DNA of 64,000 nucleotides from Escherichia coli (GTDB lineage Bacteria; Pseudomonadota; Gammaproteobacteria; Enterobacterales; Enterobacteriaceae): NCBI RefSeq assembly GCF_003018235.1, contig NZ_CP027437.1; one strand, 5' to 3'. Shown piece by piece: positions 59,101 to 64,000 of this stretch (position 1 is its first letter; each line of letters starts with the position of its first letter). The notes under the pieces were generated by a model. It saw only the letters and a program-made list of their open reading frames with translations, ran no database searches and was not told where the DNA came from. The position numbers and the translations under genes were made by a program.

Positions 59101-59525
59101 TCCAGCGCCTGGGCAACGCGAGTTTCCAGCTGGCGCAACGAAAGTGTGCTCAGAATTTTGCGCGTTTCTTCGTCATTATCGACATCGCTAAGTGCAGTTA
59201 ACGCCGCGGTCGCCTGGCGCATTTTTTCCGGCGCTTCAGCGACTTTTTGCCGTAGCTGAACTGTCTCTTCTTTTACGCGATCGATTTTATCGAGGGTAGC
59301 TAATGTATCTGTCAGATCCTGCTGCACCAGTTTGTCCTGAGCAGAAAGATCTTTTTGTTTATTCAGTGAGTCAAGTTGTGCCTGCAGGTCCGCTTTTGTC
59401 GGCAGATCACCATTCGATGACGCCCGCGCAAACGCCGTGTTCTGGCATAACAAGACAAAAACAAAAGCAATAAATGCTGAAAAAACAAAATGCCGTGATC
59501 GTTTGTAATACTGGAACATAGTCAT
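56163..59525 (-). CDS. mscK: Potassium-dependent mechanosensitive channel MscK/KefA (1120 aa)
   Basis: Signal peptide, long periplasmic coiled-coil domain, multi-TM region and C-terminal MscS-like domain; 1120 aa. Confidence 0.96.
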   Translation of the reverse strand: MTMFQYYKRSRHFVFSAFIAFVFVLLCQNTAFARASSNGDLPTKADLQAQLDSLNKQKDLSAQDKLVQQDLTDTLATLDKIDRVKEETVQLRQKVAEAPEKMRQATAALTALSDVDNDEETRKILSTLSLRQLETRVAQALDDLQNAQNDLASYNSQLVSLQTQPERVQNAMYNASQQLQQIRSRLDGTDVGETALRPSQKVLMQAQQALLNAEIDQQRKSLEGNTVLQDTLQKQRDYVTANSARLEHQLQLLQEAVNSKRLTLTEKTAQEAVSPDEAARIQANPLVKQELEINQQLSQRLITATENGNQLMQQNIKVKNWLERALQSERNIKEQIAVLKGSLLLSRILYQQQQTLPSADELENMTNRIADLRLEQFEVNQQRDALFQSDAFVNKLEEGHTNEVNSEVHDALLQVVDMRRELLDQLNKQLGNQLMMAINLQINQQQLMSVSKNLKSILTQQIFWVNSNRPMDWDWIKAFPQSLKDEFKSMKITVNWEKAWPAVFIAFLAGLPLLLIAGLIHWRLGWLKAYQQKLASAVGSLRNDSQLNTPKAILIDLIRALPVCLIILAVGLILLTMQLNISELLWSFSKKLAIFWLVFGLCWKVLEKNGVAVRHFGMPEQQTSHWRRQIVRISLALLPIHFWSVVAELSPLHLMDDVLGQAMIFFNLLLIAFLVWPMCRESWRDKESHTMRLVTITVLSIIPIALMVLTATGYFYTTLRLSGRWIETVYLVIIWNLLYQTVLRGLSVAARRIAWRRALARRQNLVKEGAEGAEPPEEPTIALEQVNQQTLRITMLLMFALFGVMFWAIWSDLITVFSYLDSITLWHYNGTEAGAAVVKNVTMGSLLFAIIASMVAWALIRNLPGLLEVLVLSRLNMRQGASYAITTILNYIIIAVGAMTVFGSLGVSWDKLQWLAAALSVGLGFGLQEIFGNFVSGLIILFERPVRIGDTVTIGSFSGTVSKIRIRATTITDFDRKEVIIPNKAFVTERLINWSLTDTTTRLVIRLGVAYGSDLEKVRKVLLKAATEHPRVMHEPMPEVFFTAFGASTLDHELRLYVRELRDRSRTVDELNRTIDQLCRENDINIAFNQLEVHLHNEKGDEVTEVKRDYKGDDPTPAVG

Positions 59526-59652
59526 GATGAATGAAGGTTTCTGAACCTGAAGAACGACCTGAAAAAGTCAAACCGCAAGAATATCACGACGCAGTGAACC
59601 AGAATAGCAACGACGAAAATGTCCAGGAAAAATCCTGGAGTCAGATTCAGGG

Positions 59653-60300
59653 TTATTCGGTAATGGCAGGGTTACGAAGCGTGGGACACAGGAGATACAT
59701 CTCCAGTAAGATGGCGACGTAATCGCGGGCTTCTTTTTTAAGATCAAAAGATTGCGGGGCAAAGAGCCAGTTTTCCATCAGGCCGGAAATATAGCCGCGC
59801 ATAATAATTGCTGCCCGACGCGTCATTAAATCCGCAGGCAACATTTTCGCTTCAATACAATGTTTTAACGTTTGTTCTATACGGTCATAACTTTCCAGAC
59901 AGAGATTACGTTGTGCCTGTTGCACAACAGCCATTTCTCCGACAAATTCGCATTTGTGGAATATAATCTCCATCAATAATCGACGCCGTTCTTCTGTCAC
60001 CGTGGATTCAAGAACATGAATTAATATCTCTCTTAATACTGAGAGTGGATCGCCAGGGAATTTTGCCTGATACTCAAGCTCTAGTTCACCAATATTGGAT
60101 TCTGACAGTTCCCAGATCTCACTGAACAAATCCGACTTGTCTTTAAAATGCCAGTAGATTGCACCGCGCGTAACGCCAGCTGCTTTTGCAATCTCGCCCA
60201 GCGAGGTGGATGATACCCCCTGCTGTGAGAAAAGACGTAGAGCCACATCGAGGATGTGTTGGCGCGTTTCTTGCGCTTCTTGTTTGGTTTTTCGTGCCAT
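59653..60300 (-). CDS. acrR: AcrR, TetR-family repressor of acrAB (215 aa)
   Basis: [52 protein letters not shown]etR HTH; divergent from acrA. Confidence 0.97.
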   Translation of the reverse strand: MARKTKQEAQETRQHILDVALRLFSQQGVSSTSLGEIAKAAGVTRGAIYWHFKDKSDLFSEIWELSESNIGELELEYQAKFPGDPLSVLREILIHVLESTVTEERRRLLMEIIFHKCEFVGEMAVVQQAQRNLCLESYDRIEQTLKHCIEAKMLPADLMTRRAAIIMRGYISGLMENWLFAPQSFDLKKEARDYVAILLEMYLLCPTLRNPAITE

Positions 60301-60441
60301 ATGTTCGTGAATTTACAGGCGTTAGATTTACATACATTTGTGAATGTATGTACCATAGCACGACGATAATATAAACGCAGCAATGGGTTTATTAACTTTT
60401 GACCATTGACCAATTTGAAATCGGACACTCGAGGTTTACAT
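60301..60441. promoter_or_regulatory. Divergent acrR/acrAB promoter region (AcrR operator and activator box expected here)
   Basis: Conserved divergent spacer; inverted repeat tacatacatttgtgaatgtatgta is compatible with the AcrR operator; individual sites not resolved. Confidence 0.55.
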
Positions 60442-61635
60442 ATGAACAAAAACAGAGGGTTTACGCCTCTGGCGGTCGTTCTGATGCTCTCAGGCAGCTT
60501 AGCCCTAACAGGATGTGACGACAAACAGGCCCAACAAGGTGGCCAGCAGATGCCCGCCGTTGGCGTAGTAACAGTCAAAACTGAACCTCTGCAGATCACA
60601 ACCGAGCTTCCGGGTCGCACCAGTGCCTACCGGATCGCAGAAGTTCGTCCTCAAGTTAGCGGGATTATCCTGAAGCGTAATTTCAAAGAAGGTAGCGACA
60701 TCGAAGCAGGTGTCTCTCTCTATCAGATTGATCCTGCGACCTATCAGGCGGCATACGACAGCGCGAAAGGCGATCTGGCGAAAGCCCAGGCTGCAGCCAA
60801 TATCGCGCAATTGACGGTGAATCGTTATCAGAAATTGCTCGGTACTCAGTACATCAGTAAGCAAGAGTACGATCAGGCTCTGGCTGATGCGCAACAGGCG
60901 AATGCTGCAGTCACTGCGGCGAAAGCTGCCGTTGAAACTGCGCGGATCAATCTGGCTTACACCAAAGTCACCTCTCCGATTAGCGGTCGCATTGGTAAGT
61001 CGAACGTGACGGAAGGCGCATTGGTACAGAACGGTCAGGCGACTGCGCTGGCAACCGTGCAGCAACTTGATCCGATCTACGTTGATGTGACCCAGTCCAG
61101 CAACGACTTCCTGCGCCTGAAACAGGAACTGGCAAATGGCACGCTGAAACAAGAGAACGGCAAAGCCAAAGTGTCGCTGATCACCAGTGACGGCATTAAG
61201 TTCCCGCAGGACGGTACGCTGGAATTCTCTGACGTTACCGTTGATCAGACCACCGGGTCTATCACCCTACGCGCTATCTTCCCGAACCCGGATCACACTC
61301 TGCTGCCGGGTATGTTCGTACGTGCACGTCTGGAAGAAGGGCTTAATCCAAACGCTATTTTAGTCCCGCAACAGGGCGTAACCCGTACGCCGCGTGGCGA
61401 TGCCACCGTACTGGTGGTTGGCGCGGATGACAAAGTGGAAACCCGTCCGATCGTGGCAAGCCAGGCTATTGGCGATAAGTGGCTGGTGACAGAAGGTCTG
61501 AAAGCAGGCGATCGCGTAGTAATAAGTGGGCTGCAGAAAGTGCGTCCTGGTGTCCAGGTAAAAGCACAAGAAGTTACCGCTGATAATAACCAGCAAGCCG
61601 CAAGCGGTGCTCAGCCTGAACAGTCCAAGTCTTAA
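60442..61635 (+). CDS. acrA: Multidrug efflux periplasmic adaptor AcrA (397 aa); ORF-track TTG extension trimmed
   Basis: MNKNRGFTPLAVVLMLSGSLALTGC lipoprotein start; RND membrane-fusion protein. Confidence 0.97.
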   Translation: MNKNRGFTPLAVVLMLSGSLALTGCDDKQAQQGGQQMPAVGVVTVKTEPLQITTELPGRTSAYRIAEVRPQVSGIILKRNFKEGSDIEAGVSLYQIDPATYQAAYDSAKGDLAKAQAAANIAQLTVNRYQKLLGTQYISKQEYDQALADAQQANAAVTAAKAAVETARINLAYTKVTSPISGRIGKSNVTEGALVQNGQATALATVQQLDPIYVDVTQSSNDFLRLKQELANGTLKQENGKAKVSLITSDGIKFPQDGTLEFSDVTVDQTTGSITLRAIFPNPDHTLLPGMFVRARLEEGLNPNAILVPQQGVTRTPRGDATVLVVGADDKVETRPIVASQAIGDKWLVTEGLKAGDRVVISGLQKVRPGVQVKAQEVTADNNQQAASGAQPEQSKS

Positions 61636-61654
61636 CTTAAACAGGAGCCGTTAA

Positions 61655-64000
<2,346 letters not shown>

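Overview
The window is an Escherichia coli-type chromosomal segment, syntenic with (and inverted relative to) the K-12 acrAB-to-qmcA region. Core gene order is qmcA(partial)-ybbJ ... cueR ... ybaT-glsA-copA-ybaP-chiX-ybaK-ushA-fsr-ybaL ... gsk-aes-hemH-adk-htpG-recR-ybaB-dnaX-apt-ybaN-priC-ybaM-mscK-acrR-acrA-acrB(partial). Three accessory insertions interrupt it. (1) About 3.3 kb between ybbJ and cueR carries an XRE-type regulator, a 600-aa trimeric-autotransporter-like protein with a near-perfect internal tandem duplication, a lipoprotein and a small membrane protein. (2) About 26.5 kb between cueR and ybaT carries a type I secretion operon: a TolC-like gene (frameshifted), a roughly 7,200-aa Ig-repeat RTX/LapA-BapA-like adhesin (frameshifted near its 5' end), a C39-like-domain ABC transporter and an HlyD-family adaptor. 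The adaptor gene's stop overlaps the cueR start. (3) An IS621-like IS110-family element sits inside a REP sequence between ybaL and gsk. All calls rest on reading the sequence and ORF track and on recalled protein families and K-12 gene order; no database search was run. Exact boundaries of non-coding features are approximate.
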